A DNA stretch of 64,000 bases from Desulfobacterales bacterium (lineage in GTDB: Bacteria > Desulfobacterota > Desulfobacteria > Desulfobacterales > ETH-SRB1), in the NCBI GenBank assembly GCA_030610995.1, contig JAUWQO010000001.1, positions 11,947-75,946 on the forward strand. The letters run 5' to 3'. The translations under genes and the position numbers were made by a program. The notes beneath the pieces were generated by a model. It saw only the letters and a list, made by a program, of their open reading frames with translations, had not been told where the DNA came from and searched no databases. Below, in pieces: positions 39,578 to 49,952 of the stretch. Within the stretch, counting starts at the first letter, position 1, and every line of letters starts with the position of its first letter.

Positions 39578-39675
39578 TAAATATTGATGAATTCGTAAAA
39601 ACTCGAATTCATCAGAGGTCAGAGGTCAGAGGTCAGGGGGCATAAGCGCTAAGTTGTTTTTGCTCAGGAGGGACT

Positions 39676-39943
39676 GAAAAAAAATGAACATCGAACATCG
39701 AACGTCCAACATCGAATGTTGAATGGGGAAAGATGAAGAAACAGAGGCATTAATTAAGATTTTCGTTACGAGTATCAAAACGGGTGAAAAGAAACCACGC
39801 CTTGGCGTGGTTGAATGTTCGGTATTGGGTGTTTGTTTTTTTATTCGATTTTTAAATAATTTGAAGAGCAAAGCGACATCATTATTCGACGTTCGACGTT
39901 CGACGTTCGACGTTCGACGTTCGATGTTGGACGTTCGTTTTTC
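39676..39943. repeat. family D element, full copy, with 'cgacgtt' x5 array (39887-39921)
   Basis: Termini 'gaacatcgaacatcgaacgtccaacatcgaa' and 'ttcgatgttggacgttc'. Shares internal modules with 62701-62908 in reverse orientation. Confidence 0.9.
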
Positions 39944-39965
39944 AAAATTCTAAAAAAGGTATAAT

Positions 39966-40496
39966 ATGAAATTTCATGGAACGACCATCCTTGCTGTAAG
40001 GCATAAGGATAAACTGGCGGTTGCCGGTGACGGCCAGGTAACTTTGAATAATAATATTATAAAACATCATGCCAAAAAGGTAAGAAAGATTTATAATGAC
40101 AAAATTATTGTGGGATTTGCAGGAGCAACTGCTGATGCTTTAAATCTTTCTGAACGTTTGGAAGCAAAACTTGAACGTTACAACGGAAACCTGACCCGCA
40201 GCGCTGTTGAGTTGGCAAAAGACTGGCGAACCGACAAGTATTTAAGACATCTTGAGGCAATCATGATTGCCTCAGATGAAGACAGAATGTTTCTTATCTC
40301 AGGCAAAGGTGATGTAATTGAACCTGATGAAGGAATTATGGGCATTGGGTCCGGAGGAGTCAGCGCCCAGGCAGTGGCAATAGCGCTAATAAGACATACA
40401 GATATGGATGCCAGAGCTATTGTGGAAGAAGCCATGAGAATAGCCGGTTCAATTTGTGTATTTACAAACGATTCAATAACTATAGAAGAATTATAG
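39966..40496 (+). CDS. hslV: ATP-dependent protease subunit HslV
   Basis: 'HGTTILAVRH' places the N-terminal Thr after processing. 176 aa. Confidence 0.96.
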   Translation: MKFHGTTILAVRHKDKLAVAGDGQVTLNNNIIKHHAKKVRKIYNDKIIVGFAGATADALNLSERLEAKLERYNGNLTRSAVELAKDWRTDKYLRHLEAIMIASDEDRMFLISGKGDVIEPDEGIMGIGSGGVSAQAVAIALIRHTDMDARAIVEEAMRIAGSICVFTNDSITIEEL

Positions 40497-40658
40497 TGAT
40501 TGAGGATTAGGGGATTAAGGGATTTAGGAATTAAAATCAATAGGATACCTTCAATTCCTGAATTCCTGAATTCCTGAATTTAAGAGGATGGATAAAACAA
40601 ATAATTATTTTAACCCGCAACTAGTAAATTATAACTATAACTAAAAAAGAATGGAAAT

Positions 40659-42032
40659 ATGAGTGAGTTAAAACCATCAGAAATTGTTAAAGAGCTTGAT
40701 AAATATATTATCGGCCAGCACAAAGCAAAGCGTTCAGTAGCTGTTGCTTTAAGAAATAGATGGCGAAGGCAGCAGGTCCCGGAGGATCTTCGCGATGAAA
40801 TTGCGCCCAAAAATATTATACTCATAGGCCCCACAGGGGTGGGAAAGACAGAGATAGCAAGGAGGCTTTCCAGGCTTACCGATTCACCTTTCACAAAGGT
40901 TGAGGCCTCCAAGTTCACCGAGGTCGGCTATGTTGGCAGAGATGTTGAATCTATGGTAAGGGATCTTTTGGAGCTTACTGTAAATGTAATAAAATCAAGA
41001 GAGCAGGAGGCTGTGAAGGAAAAGGCGCGGCAGATTGCCGAAGAAAGGATGCTTGACCTTCTTCTTCCAAAACCAAAAGTGCGGCAAAAGGGAGAGATCG
41101 AAGCTGCAAAAGAAACCCCAATTGATTTAATAGCGCACAATGATGCTGAATCATCCTCAACAAGGGAAAAGCTTCGCAGAATGCTTCGAGAAGGAAAACT
41201 CGATAACCGGTATGTTGACCTTGATGTTTCAGATCGGGCCATGCCGGTTATAGAGGTTTTTTCCAGCATGGGGATGGAGGAGATGGGCATTAATTTTAAA
41301 GATATGTTGAGCGGAATTATGCCCAAAAGCTCAAAAAGAAGGAAGGTAAAGGTGCCGGAAGCTTTGATGATGCTGACACAAGAGGAGGCGCAGAACCTTG
41401 TTGATATGGACAAGGTAGTAAACCAAGCGATTGAAAAGGTTGAACAGTCAGGAATAATTTTCCTCGACGAAATAGATAAAGTTGTCGGCAAACACGGTGG
41501 ACACGGCCCCGATGTTTCGAGAGAAGGGGTGCAAAGGGATCTTCTTCCGATAGTGGAAGGTTGCAGCGTTTCAACCAGGCATGGGCCGGTGAAAACAGAT
41601 CATATACTTTTTATTGCTTCGGGCGCCTTTCATACAGTTAAACCTTCTGATTTGATTCCTGAGCTTCAGGGCAGGTTCCCGATCCGGGTAGAGCTTGATT
41701 CTCTTGGAAAAGACGAGTTTATCCGAATACTGACCGAACCGAAAAACGCATTGCTCCTTCAATACCTGGCCCTTTTAAGGACAGAAGGTGTTGATGTGGT
41801 CTTTGAGAATGATGCGGTGGCGAAAATTGCGGCAATTGCGGAAGAGGTTAACAACCTGACTGAAAATATCGGAGCAAGGAGACTCCATACTCTTATGGAA
41901 TATCTGCTTGAAGATATACTCTTTGATGCTCCTGACATGAAAGAAAAAAGGATTGTAATTGACGGAAAGTATGTTGATGATAAATTAAAGGATATCAAAG
42001 AAGACGAGGATCTTAGCAGGTATATCCTTTAA
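40659..42032 (+). CDS. hslU: ATP-dependent protease ATPase subunit HslU
   Basis: '[15 protein letters not shown]', Walker A '[14 protein letters not shown]'. 457 aa. Confidence 0.97.
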   Translation: MSELKPSEIVKELDKYIIGQHKAKRSVAVALRNRWRRQQVPEDLRDEIAPKNIILIGPTGVGKTEIARRLSRLTDSPFTKVEASKFTEVGYVGRDVESMVRDLLELTVNVIKSREQEAVKEKARQIAEERMLDLLLPKPKVRQKGEIEAAKETPIDLIAHNDAESSSTREKLRRMLREGKLDNRYVDLDVSDRAMPVIEVFSSMGMEEMGINFKDMLSGIMPKSSKRRKVKVPEALMMLTQEEAQNLVDMDKVVNQAIEKVEQSGIIFLDEIDKVVGKHGGHGPDVSREGVQRDLLPIVEGCSVSTRHGPVKTDHILFIASGAFHTVKPSDLIPELQGRFPIRVELDSLGKDEFIRILTEPKNALLLQYLALLRTEGVDVVFENDAVAKIAAIAEEVNNLTENIGARRLHTLMEYLLEDILFDAPDMKEKRIVIDGKYVDDKLKDIKEDEDLSRYIL

Positions 42033-42112
42033 CAGAACAATTTTGAATTTTTAGTTCTTAATTTTAAATTAATCCGCCAGAGCGCTTTGGCGGACATAAT
42101 CCAAAATTGGAG

Positions 42113-42388
42113 TGTAGCAACGTAAGTTCTCAATAAGCTCTGGTACCAAACGTCATTCCCGTGAAAACGGGAATCCAGGCCCTAATAATTATAACACCGG
42201 ACTCAATGCCATTAACTTAAAGAGTAGATGTCGCTGTGGGAGCGGCTTTTAGCCGCGATTGTAGCTTTGGAGCGCACATTTTTTCGTGGCTGAAAGCCAG
42301 CCCCACAAACAAAATTAGCTTAAGTTAATGGCATTGACACCGGACTTTCAAACTCACCAGAACCTATTGAGAAGTTACGTAGCGACTC
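42113..42388. repeat. three-layer nested palindromic element
   Basis: Outer arms 'gtagcaacgtaagttctcaataagctctggt' and 'accagaacctattgagaagttacgtagcgac'. Middle arms 'acaccggactcaatgccattaacttaa' and 'cttaagttaatggcattgacaccggac'. Inner arms 'ctgtgggagcggcttttagccgc' and 'gtggctgaaagccagccccacaaa'. Confidence 0.9.
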
Positions 42389-42402
42389 ATTAAGGTAAAA
42401 TT

Positions 42403-43296
42403 ATGACTCCAAATGTTGCGGACATACTCATTGAAGCCCTTCCCTATATACGTCGTTTTTACGGCATGACCATCGTAATTAAATACGGCGGGCATGCCAT
42501 GGTTGACGAGCAGTTAAAGGCCGATTTTGCCCGGGACATCACCCTGTTGAAATTTATTGGTCTCAATCCTGTTGTTGTGCATGGCGGCGGCCCGCAGATC
42601 AACTCGGTCCTTGACCGGATGGGGATACACCCAAAGTTTGTCAGGGGAATGCGTCTTACTGATGAGCAAACTATGGATGTTGTGGAGATGGTGCTTGGTG
42701 GCAAGGTAAACAAGGCGATTGTTGCCGGAATTAATCAACACGGGGGAAAGGCGGTTGGCTTAAGCGGTAAGGATGGGGGGCTTATCTCAGCGAAAAAACT
42801 CCATATCAAATATCAGGAGGAGGCTGATAAGCCGCCTGAGATAATCGATCCTGGTCTGGTGGGACAGGTGACGCATATCAACCCTGATATCATCAACACG
42901 CTGACCAAACAGGATTTTATTCCAATTGTTGCTCCGGTCGGGGTTGGGGATGCCGGTGAGACATTCAACATCAATGCGGATCATGTGGCAGGCAAGATAG
43001 CCGTGGCGCTGAAAGCCGGACGTCTTATTTATCTTACAGATGTTGATGGAGTGCTTGACACCTCGGGCTTAGCAATATCTTCAATCAATGCTGAAAAGAT
43101 AAATAACATGATTCAAGATAAAACCGTTTCCGAGGGGATGATTCCAAAGCTTGAATGCGCCTTAGATGCGCTGAAAAACGGAGTTGAAAAGGTTCACATT
43201 ATTAATGGATGCAAACGTCATTCAGTATTGTTGGAGCTTTTTACCCATAAGGGGATCGGAACTGAAGTTACGTTAGCGCCCTTGGGGCGGGCTTAA
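42403..43296 (+). CDS. argB: acetylglutamate kinase
   Basis: 297 aa. '[10 protein letters not shown]', '[10 protein letters not shown]'. Confidence 0.96.
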   Translation: MTPNVADILIEALPYIRRFYGMTIVIKYGGHAMVDEQLKADFARDITLLKFIGLNPVVVHGGGPQINSVLDRMGIHPKFVRGMRLTDEQTMDVVEMVLGGKVNKAIVAGINQHGGKAVGLSGKDGGLISAKKLHIKYQEEADKPPEIIDPGLVGQVTHINPDIINTLTKQDFIPIVAPVGVGDAGETFNINADHVAGKIAVALKAGRLIYLTDVDGVLDTSGLAISSINAEKINNMIQDKTVSEGMIPKLECALDALKNGVEKVHIINGCKRHSVLLELFTHKGIGTEVTLAPLGRA

Positions 43297-43298
43297 AA

Positions 43299-43432
43299 GA
43301 TGAACGTCGAACATCGAACATTCAACGTCGAATTTTGAATAAGGAATTCTACCAATTTATAAACTGGCGGAGCACTTCGGTACCTCAGCATAAACTCAGC
43401 GATTTCATCATTCATCATTCGATGTTCAAAAG
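43299..43432. repeat. family D-related element
   Basis: 'gatgaacgtcgaacatcgaacattcaacgtcgaat' faces 'cattcatcattcgatgttc'. The left end is nearly identical to 62701-62735. Confidence 0.8.
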
Positions 43433-43506
43433 AATTTTTACTCTGCCGCTCCCATTTGGCAACCTATTGATAAAATTGATCAAAAAATGGGATTTTATAT
43501 CAACTT

Positions 43507-44691
43507 ATGAATAAAATAATAAATAAAGCCGAGAAGGTTATAGCAAAAACATATAACAGGTTCCCGATTGTAATTACAAAGGGCAAAGGATGCACTGTCT
43601 GGGACAGCAAAGGCCGGGCTTATACCGATTTTGTTGCGGGAATTGCCGTTTGCAACCTTGGCCATGCGCATCCAGGAGTGTCAAAAGCTCTGTCAGATCA
43701 GGCAAATACCCTTTTTCATGTGTCGAACCTTTATTATACGGTTCCACAGGTAGAGCTTGCGGCATGGCTTGTCGAAAACAGTTTTGCAGACAGGGTTTTT
43801 TTCTGCAACAGCGGCGCTGAAGCAAACGAGGCCGCAATAAAATTAGTTAGGAAGTATTTCAATGATAAAGGGGACCTGCGCCGCAACAGGATAATTGCCA
43901 TGGAGCAATCCTTTCACGGCCGCACCATGGCCACCCTTTCTGCTACAGGTCAGGACAAGATCAAGCAGGGTTTTGACCCATTGCTCGAAAGTTTTGACTT
44001 TGTGCCTTTTAACGATATTGATGCGCTAAAAAATAAAATCAAGCCCTTTACATGCGCAGTTATTATAGAGCCTGTCCAGGGTGAAGGAGGGGTCCGCTGC
44101 CCTGATGCCGAATACCTTAAAGATGTGAGACAGCTTTGTGATGAAACAGGGACTTTGCTGATTTTTGATGAAATACAGACAGGAATAGGCCGAACCGGAA
44201 AACTTTTTGCTTATGAGCATTTCGGGATTGAGCCGGATATTATGACATTGGCCAAAGCGCTTGCCAATGGGTTGCCCATAGGCGCCATGCTGGCTAAAGA
44301 GCATATTGCCGCGGCATTCGGGCCGGGTTCGCATGCATCGACATTTGGAGGCACGCCGGTTATTACCGCGGCTTCACTCGAAGTTGTCAGGACTCTTGTT
44401 AGAGAAAGGGTTATAGACCATTGCTTGCAGATCGGGGCCTATTTTAAGGAAAGACTTTTGTGGCTGAAAGACAGGCATGATTCCATTACGGATGTTCGCG
44501 GGATCGGTTTGCTGCTGGGAATAAAGCTTAAAACAGACGGTGAGCCTGTCGTGAAAAAATGCATGGAAAAAGGGTTCCTGATAAACTGCATTCAGGGTAA
44601 TATTTTACGATTTATTCCTCCCCTTATCATAGAAAAGGAGGAGATAGACTCCCTGATAATATGTCTGGATGAAATATTTTTAAGAGGTTGA
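43507..44691 (+). CDS. argD: acetylornithine aminotransferase
   Basis: 394 aa, class-III aminotransferase. 'FCNSGAEANEAA', 'DEIQTGIGRTG', 'LAKAL'. Confidence 0.94.
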   Translation: MNKIINKAEKVIAKTYNRFPIVITKGKGCTVWDSKGRAYTDFVAGIAVCNLGHAHPGVSKALSDQANTLFHVSNLYYTVPQVELAAWLVENSFADRVFFCNSGAEANEAAIKLVRKYFNDKGDLRRNRIIAMEQSFHGRTMATLSATGQDKIKQGFDPLLESFDFVPFNDIDALKNKIKPFTCAVIIEPVQGEGGVRCPDAEYLKDVRQLCDETGTLLIFDEIQTGIGRTGKLFAYEHFGIEPDIMTLAKALANGLPIGAMLAKEHIAAAFGPGSHASTFGGTPVITAASLEVVRTLVRERVIDHCLQIGAYFKERLLWLKDRHDSITDVRGIGLLLGIKLKTDGEPVVKKCMEKGFLINCIQGNILRFIPPLIIEKEEIDSLIICLDEIFLRG

Positions 44692-44692
44692 T

Positions 44693-45607
44693 TTGAAAAA
44701 AGACATACTAACCCTTTTAGACCTATCCAAAGAAGACTTTGAGATCTTTTTTAGGCGGGCGCTTGAGCTTAAAAAGGATCATAGTAAAGGGATTTCCGAT
44801 AGACCGTTTGCAGGGAAAACATTGGGCCTTATCTTCGACAAGCCTTCGACACGCACCCGTCTGTCTTTTGAAACGGCAATGGTTCAGCTTGGCGGAACTT
44901 CGATATTTATCAGCGCAAAAGATACTCAAATCGCCAGGAATGAGCCGGTAAGAGACACTGCCAGGGTTCTTTCAAGATACCTGGATTGCCTCGCTATTAG
45001 GACATTTTCTCAGGATTTATTGAATGAGTTTGCAGAGTATGCCGCCATTCCGGTAATAAATGCCCTGACCGATCTATACCATCCGTGCCAGGTTTTAAGC
45101 GATCTTTTGACCGTGATAGAGCACAAAGGGGGTTACAAAGATCTGAAAATAGCATGGGTTGGAGATGGCAATAATGTGGCTCATTCATGGATAAACGCTG
45201 CGGCTGTCCTTGAGCTGAATCTCATATTAGCCTGCCCTGAAGGATATTACCCTGACAGCAAAATTGTCGAAAAAGCGCTTGAGAGAAAATGTGGCAAAAT
45301 CATGATAACTTCGGATCCTGTGGAGGCGGCAGAGGATGCCGATGTGATATATACCGATGTATGGGCAAGCATGGGACAGGAGAGTGAGCAGATCAAAAGA
45401 AAGCAGGCATTTAAGCCTTTTCAGGTAGATAAAGAGCTTGTTGATAAGGCATCGAAAGATGTTATAGTAATGCACTGCCTGCCGGCTCACAGGGGTGAAG
45501 AAATTAGCGAAGAGGTGCTGGAGGGGCCTAATTCGGTTGTTTGGGACCAGTCTGAAAACAAACTCCATATGCATAAGGCTGTGCTTGAAGTATTGATGAG
45601 AGATTAA
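44693..45607 (+). CDS. argF: ornithine carbamoyltransferase (TTG start)
   Basis: 'STRTRLSFE', 'HPCQ', 'HCLPA'. Confidence 0.95.
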   Translation: MKKDILTLLDLSKEDFEIFFRRALELKKDHSKGISDRPFAGKTLGLIFDKPSTRTRLSFETAMVQLGGTSIFISAKDTQIARNEPVRDTARVLSRYLDCLAIRTFSQDLLNEFAEYAAIPVINALTDLYHPCQVLSDLLTVIEHKGGYKDLKIAWVGDGNNVAHSWINAAAVLELNLILACPEGYYPDSKIVEKALERKCGKIMITSDPVEAAEDADVIYTDVWASMGQESEQIKRKQAFKPFQVDKELVDKASKDVIVMHCLPAHRGEEISEEVLEGPNSVVWDQSENKLHMHKAVLEVLMRD

Positions 45608-45665
45608 AAAGAAAAGTAAATTTGATTTACCACAAAGACCACAGAAAAATAGAAGGATAAAAAAA

Positions 45666-45832
45666 GAACTTATAAAATCCCAAATTTCAAGCATCAAATT
45701 ACAAATAAATCCCAAATTTCAATATTCAATGACCAAAACATATACGGGTTTGGGATTTTGAATTTTGGTTATTGTAATTTATTTGATATTTGTGATTTGT
45801 TGTTTGTTATTTCAGGAAAGGAAATTCCTATA
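45666..45832. repeat. family H element (forward orientation)
   Basis: 'gaacttataaaatcccaaatttcaagcatcaaattacaaataaatcccaaa...gggtttgggattttgaattttggttattgtaatttatttg...aaattcctatac'. Nested inside the outer inverted repeat at about 45627 and 45851. Confidence 0.9.
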
Positions 45833-45946
45833 CAATTGTTAAATTAATTTACTCTGTGTACTCTGTGCTCTCAGTGGTAATTTTTTTTACAACCGCAGAT
45901 GGTTTGTTGTGTAAAACTAAAGCATTATAAAGGATAGCTGCATATC

Positions 45947-47149
45947 ATGTCTGACAAAATAAATAAGGTGGTTCTGGCCTATTCGGGCGGCCTTGATACA
46001 TCGGTTATATTAAAATGGCTTATTGAGACATATGACTGCGAAGTAATCGCATTTTCAGCCGATTTAGGACAAGAAGAGGAGCTTGATCATTTAGAAGAAA
46101 AAGCATTAAAGACCGGCGCTAAGGCGGTTTATATAGATGATCTTAAGGAGACCTTTGTTAAGGATTATGTATTTCCGGCCTTTCGCGCAAATGCCGTTTA
46201 TGAGAGCCAGTATCTTTTGGGCACATCCCTTGCCAGGCCCCTTATAGCAAAGCGACAGATTGAGATAGCGCAGATAGAAGGGGCGGACGCCGTAAGCCAT
46301 GGAGCTACCGGAAAGGGGAATGACCAGGTGCGTTTTGAGCTGAGCTATCTCGCGCTTAATCCGGATATTAAAATCATTGCTCCGTGGCGTGAATGGACGC
46401 TTAACTCTCGCGCAGCCCTTATGGAGTTTGCCAAAACCCGCGGCATACCTGTTCCGACAACCCCGGCAAAACCTTATAGTTCCGATAGAAACCTCCTTCA
46501 TATAAGTTACGAAGGCGGCGTGCTTGAAGATCCGTGGCAGGAACCGCCTGAGGATATGTTCACTTTGACTGTTTTGCCCAAGGACGCGCCTGACAAGCCC
46601 GAAATAATTGAAGTAACGTTTAAGCAGGGTGATCCGGTTGCAATAAACGGCAAAGAGCTGTCGCCGGCAAATCTGCTTAAGGAGTTAAACAGACTGGGCG
46701 GCCGTCACGGCATAGGCAGGGCAGATATAGTTGAAAACCGCTTCGTTGGCATGAAATCCCGTGGAGTATATGAAACCCCCGGCGGTACTATATTGAGGAC
46801 AGCCCACATAGCGATTGAATCGATTACCATGGACAGAGAAATAATGCATCTTAGGGATTCTTTGATACCGAAATATTCTGAGATCATATATTATGGTTTC
46901 TGGTTTTCACCTGAGATGAAGCTTTTGCAGGACATGATAAACCAGACCCAGAAGAATGTTTCAGGAGTTGTGCGTTTAGAACTATATAAGGGAAACTCCC
47001 GTGTTCTTGGGCGCAAATCTGATCGGTCCCTTTACAGTGAGGATTTTGCAACATTTGAAAAAGACAGTGTCTTCAGCCAGAAAGATGCCGAAGGCTTTAT
47101 CCGGCTTAATGCGCTAAGATTGCGTATTCAAAAGATGATGGCGTCGTAA
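45947..47149 (+). CDS. argG: argininosuccinate synthase
   Basis: '[12 protein letters not shown]', '[14 protein letters not shown]'. Confidence 0.97.
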   Translation: MSDKINKVVLAYSGGLDTSVILKWLIETYDCEVIAFSADLGQEEELDHLEEKALKTGAKAVYIDDLKETFVKDYVFPAFRANAVYESQYLLGTSLARPLIAKRQIEIAQIEGADAVSHGATGKGNDQVRFELSYLALNPDIKIIAPWREWTLNSRAALMEFAKTRGIPVPTTPAKPYSSDRNLLHISYEGGVLEDPWQEPPEDMFTLTVLPKDAPDKPEIIEVTFKQGDPVAINGKELSPANLLKELNRLGGRHGIGRADIVENRFVGMKSRGVYETPGGTILRTAHIAIESITMDREIMHLRDSLIPKYSEIIYYGFWFSPEMKLLQDMINQTQKNVSGVVRLELYKGNSRVLGRKSDRSLYSEDFATFEKDSVFSQKDAEGFIRLNALRLRIQKMMAS

Positions 47150-47440
47150 AAAGTCGAATTTACCAATTTTCAGGCATCCTTCATTTGCCAGTTTACACTT
47201 TTCAAGAACCTCACGCAAAGGCGCCAAGGCGCAAAGAAAGGAAATACAGAAAAGCTTTGGTAATTCTCGGCCTTACTAAATGCTGTAAATGCCAATAGTT
47301 AAATTGATTCAGCCTGGAAATTGCTGGAAAAGATTTGCGTCTTTGCGTCAGATTTTTCTTTTGTAAAAAAGTGTAAACTACTTTTGGGCCTATATGAAAA
47401 ATGCCAATTTTCAATTTTCAATCGACAATATTCAATTCTA
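47144..47440. repeat. multi-module repeat block
   Basis: Starts with 'tcgtaaaaagtcgaa' (compare 19701 and 39591), which contains the argG stop codon. 'gcgcaaag' words face 'ctttgcgtc'. Ends with 'ttcaatcgacaatattcaatt', as at 26189-26209. Confidence 0.8.
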
Positions 47441-47455
47441 ATAAAAAGGTTATAT

Positions 47456-48853
47456 ATGACAGAAAAGCCGTGGGGCGGTAGATTTTCAGAAAAGACAGAT
47501 AGAGGCGTAGAGATTTTTACATCTTCAATAGATGTAGATAAGCGGCTTTATGCTTATGATATTGAAGGCAGTATCGCTCACTGCAGTATGCTTGCAAAGG
47601 AGTCGATTATTACAGAAGAGGATGCTTCATCAATAATCCTGGGCCTTGGAAAGATAAAAAGGGAAATTGAGAGAGGAAAATTCCGGTTTGATGAAGCCCT
47701 GGAGGATATCCATATGCATATTGAATCCAGACTTTTCCAGGTGGCCGGAAAGGTTGCGCAAAAGCTTCATACTGCAAGGAGTCGTAACGATCAGGTGGCC
47801 CTGGATGTGCGTATGTATCTGAGAGATGAGACTGCAAAGATTATTAAAAGCCTCGTTAATCTGAAAAAAGGTATTTTATTGTTTGCCGGGGACAACATTG
47901 ATACGATTTTGCCTGGATATACCCATCTGCAGAGAGCGCAGCCGGTGCTTTTGGCTCACCATATGATGGCCTATTATGAGATGTTTTTGCGCGATGCAAA
48001 CAGATTTAGAGACTGCCTGAAAAGGATAAATGTAATGCCGCTTGGAAGCGGAGCCATTGCCGGCACAACGTTTCAGATCAACAGAGATTACACGGCAAAG
48101 CTTCTTGGATTTAAAGAGGTGTCGAGAAACAGTATAGACTCTGTGTCGGACAGAGATTTTATCATTGAATTTTTATCAGCGGCAAGTATATGCATGATGC
48201 ATTTCAGCCGTTTGTCGGAAGAGTTGATTTTATGGTCCACGGCTGAATTTGGTTTTATCGAGTTTCCTGATTCATTTGCCACAGGAAGCAGCATCATGCC
48301 TCAAAAGAAGAACCCTGATGTGCCTGAACTGATCCGCGGGAAAACCGGTCGTGTTTTTGGAAATCTAATGGCCATTTTATCCATTATGAAGTCATTGCCT
48401 CTTGCCTATAATCGCGATATGCAGGAGGATAAAGAACCGTTATTTGATACGGTTGACATTTTAAAAGCCTGCATTGAGATATGCTCGTCTATGCTTCCAA
48501 GGCTGAAAATTAACAAAGAGGCAATGCATAAGGCCGCAACTAAAGGATTATTAAACGCAACAGATCTGGCCGATTATCTTGTAACGGCAGGAATGCCGTT
48601 TCGGCAGGCCCATACATGCGCAGGCAAGGCGGTAAGCTATGCGCTGGATAAGGATAAAGAACTGCATGAACTTACACTAAAAGAGTTAAAATCCTTTTCA
48701 ACCCTTATTGAAGAGGATATTTTTAATATTTTAAGCACAGAGCAGATGATAAACCGCAGGAAATCTTTTGGCGGAACCGCCAAAGAAAATGTAATGGCTG
48801 CCATACAGGAGGCGGAAAAGAGTCTTAAAGTTTTGGAACATGCTGATGAATAA
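47456..48853 (+). CDS. argH: argininosuccinate lyase
   Basis: Start set to 'MTEKPWGGRF'. 'TARSRNDQV', 'GSSIMPQKKNPD'. Confidence 0.96.
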   Translation: MTEKPWGGRFSEKTDRGVEIFTSSIDVDKRLYAYDIEGSIAHCSMLAKESIITEEDASSIILGLGKIKREIERGKFRFDEALEDIHMHIESRLFQVAGKVAQKLHTARSRNDQVALDVRMYLRDETAKIIKSLVNLKKGILLFAGDNIDTILPGYTHLQRAQPVLLAHHMMAYYEMFLRDANRFRDCLKRINVMPLGSGAIAGTTFQINRDYTAKLLGFKEVSRNSIDSVSDRDFIIEFLSAASICMMHFSRLSEELILWSTAEFGFIEFPDSFATGSSIMPQKKNPDVPELIRGKTGRVFGNLMAILSIMKSLPLAYNRDMQEDKEPLFDTVDILKACIEICSSMLPRLKINKEAMHKAATKGLLNATDLADYLVTAGMPFRQAHTCAGKAVSYALDKDKELHELTLKELKSFSTLIEEDIFNILSTEQMINRRKSFGGTAKENVMAAIQEAEKSLKVLEHADE

Positions 48854-49289
48854 AAATTTTAGCAGAAGTCTGATCACTATATTGTCAATTTTGCTCTGCA
48901 TCGTTGTTTTTGGATGCGGCAGAAAGGCGCCGCCTGTCCCTCCCGGTCAGGTCAGGCCGCCTGCAGTTGATGATTTAAGCTCAAGCATAGATGAAGATAT
49001 ACTCGAGCTTGCCTGGACTATTCCTGATGAAAAGGGGAAGATCTCATCAAATTTGGGCGGTTTTATTGTATATAAATCAAAAACCTCTCTTTCCGAGTCC
49101 GACTGTAAAGAGTGTCCTGTGCTTTTTAAGCGAATTGCCGATATTCCTATCGAAGAAAAGGATATAAATAAAAAAATAATCTACAGGGAAAACCTGGGAA
49201 AGGGCTACAGGTATATTTATAAGGTAACCGTTTATACTGATAACGAGGTGACGGGGAAAGATTCAAATCAGATAGATTTTGTTTATTAA
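48840..49289 (+). CDS. lipoprotein (LptM-like leader plus a beta-rich domain)
   Basis: Lipobox 'VVFGCGRKAPPVPP'. Sits between argH and lysA, where small lipoprotein genes often occur. Confidence 0.6.
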   Translation: MLMNKNFSRSLITILSILLCIVVFGCGRKAPPVPPGQVRPPAVDDLSSSIDEDILELAWTIPDEKGKISSNLGGFIVYKSKTSLSESDCKECPVLFKRIADIPIEEKDINKKIIYRENLGKGYRYIYKVTVYTDNEVTGKDSNQIDFVY

Positions 49290-49314
49290 TTAGACCATAA
49301 GGCCACCACGTAAC

Positions 49315-49941
49315 CCATAAGGCCGCCACGTAGGACGGCCCTACCGATAATGTGACCTTCAAATGGAAAAATACCATGCCGCGTATACCTGAACGATGGG
49401 ACGGGCTGAACCAAACCTATTTTGTGACTGTGGTAACGAGGAAACGAAAGCCGGTTTTTACAGATGATGCCCTTTGTCTTGAATTGCAAAATGCTTTCAA
49501 AGATGTCCATAAATTTCATCCGTTTCGGCTGGCGGCATTGGCGATATTGCCGGATCATTGGCATGCCTTGCTCCGACCGTATCCGGACATTATAATCGAA
49601 AACGTGGTTGGCGCTGTAAAAGCCAATCTAATGAAACGGATATGGAAAAAAGAAAAACGCAAGACCATCTGGCAAGCGAGATTTATAGACCATCGAATAA
49701 GGGATGAAGACGATTTTGCGAACCACGTGGAATATATCCGGATGAATCCCCATAAACATGGCCTTGCGCAAGAAAGCCAAAAATACAAATGGTTATTCAT
49801 CCACAACAATCCGTTTAAATAACGGTAGGGCCGTAAACCATAAGGCCGCCACGTAGGACGGCCCTACCAATAATGTAACCTTCAAATGGGAAAATACCAC
49901 AATCCGTTTAAATAATGGTAGGGCCGTCCTACGTGGCGGCT
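49315..49941 (+). mobile_element. RAYT element: transposase gene embedded in a REP doublet, with an adjacent transposase-less REP doublet (REPIN-like)
   Basis: REP 'ggccgccacgtaggacggccctacc' at about 49321 and about 49844, and its reverse complement at 49917-49941. 62-nt direct repeats at 49315-49376 and 49838-49899. Confidence 0.85.
49376..49822 (+). CDS. REP-associated tyrosine transposase (IS200/IS605 Y1 family)
   Basis: HUH motif 'LPDHWHALL', catalytic Tyr region 'HVEYIRMNPHKHGL', 'YFVTVVTRKRKPVF'. Start set to 'MPRIPERW'. Confidence 0.88.
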   Translation: MPRIPERWDGLNQTYFVTVVTRKRKPVFTDDALCLELQNAFKDVHKFHPFRLAALAILPDHWHALLRPYPDIIIENVVGAVKANLMKRIWKKEKRKTIWQARFIDHRIRDEDDFANHVEYIRMNPHKHGLAQESQKYKWLFIHNNPFK

Positions 49942-49952
49942 GGAAAATATTT

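Noticed and set aside
40928-41491. 187-aa ORF on the minus strand inside hslU. Similar long antisense ORFs occur at 3403-3981 (in rpoA), 58998-59540 and 58212-58673 (in the fusion gene), 30368-30838, 35753-36178 and elsewhere.
   Set aside because: They lie entirely within well-supported genes on the opposite strand, have no recognisable motifs, and show low-complexity composition typical of shadow ORFs.
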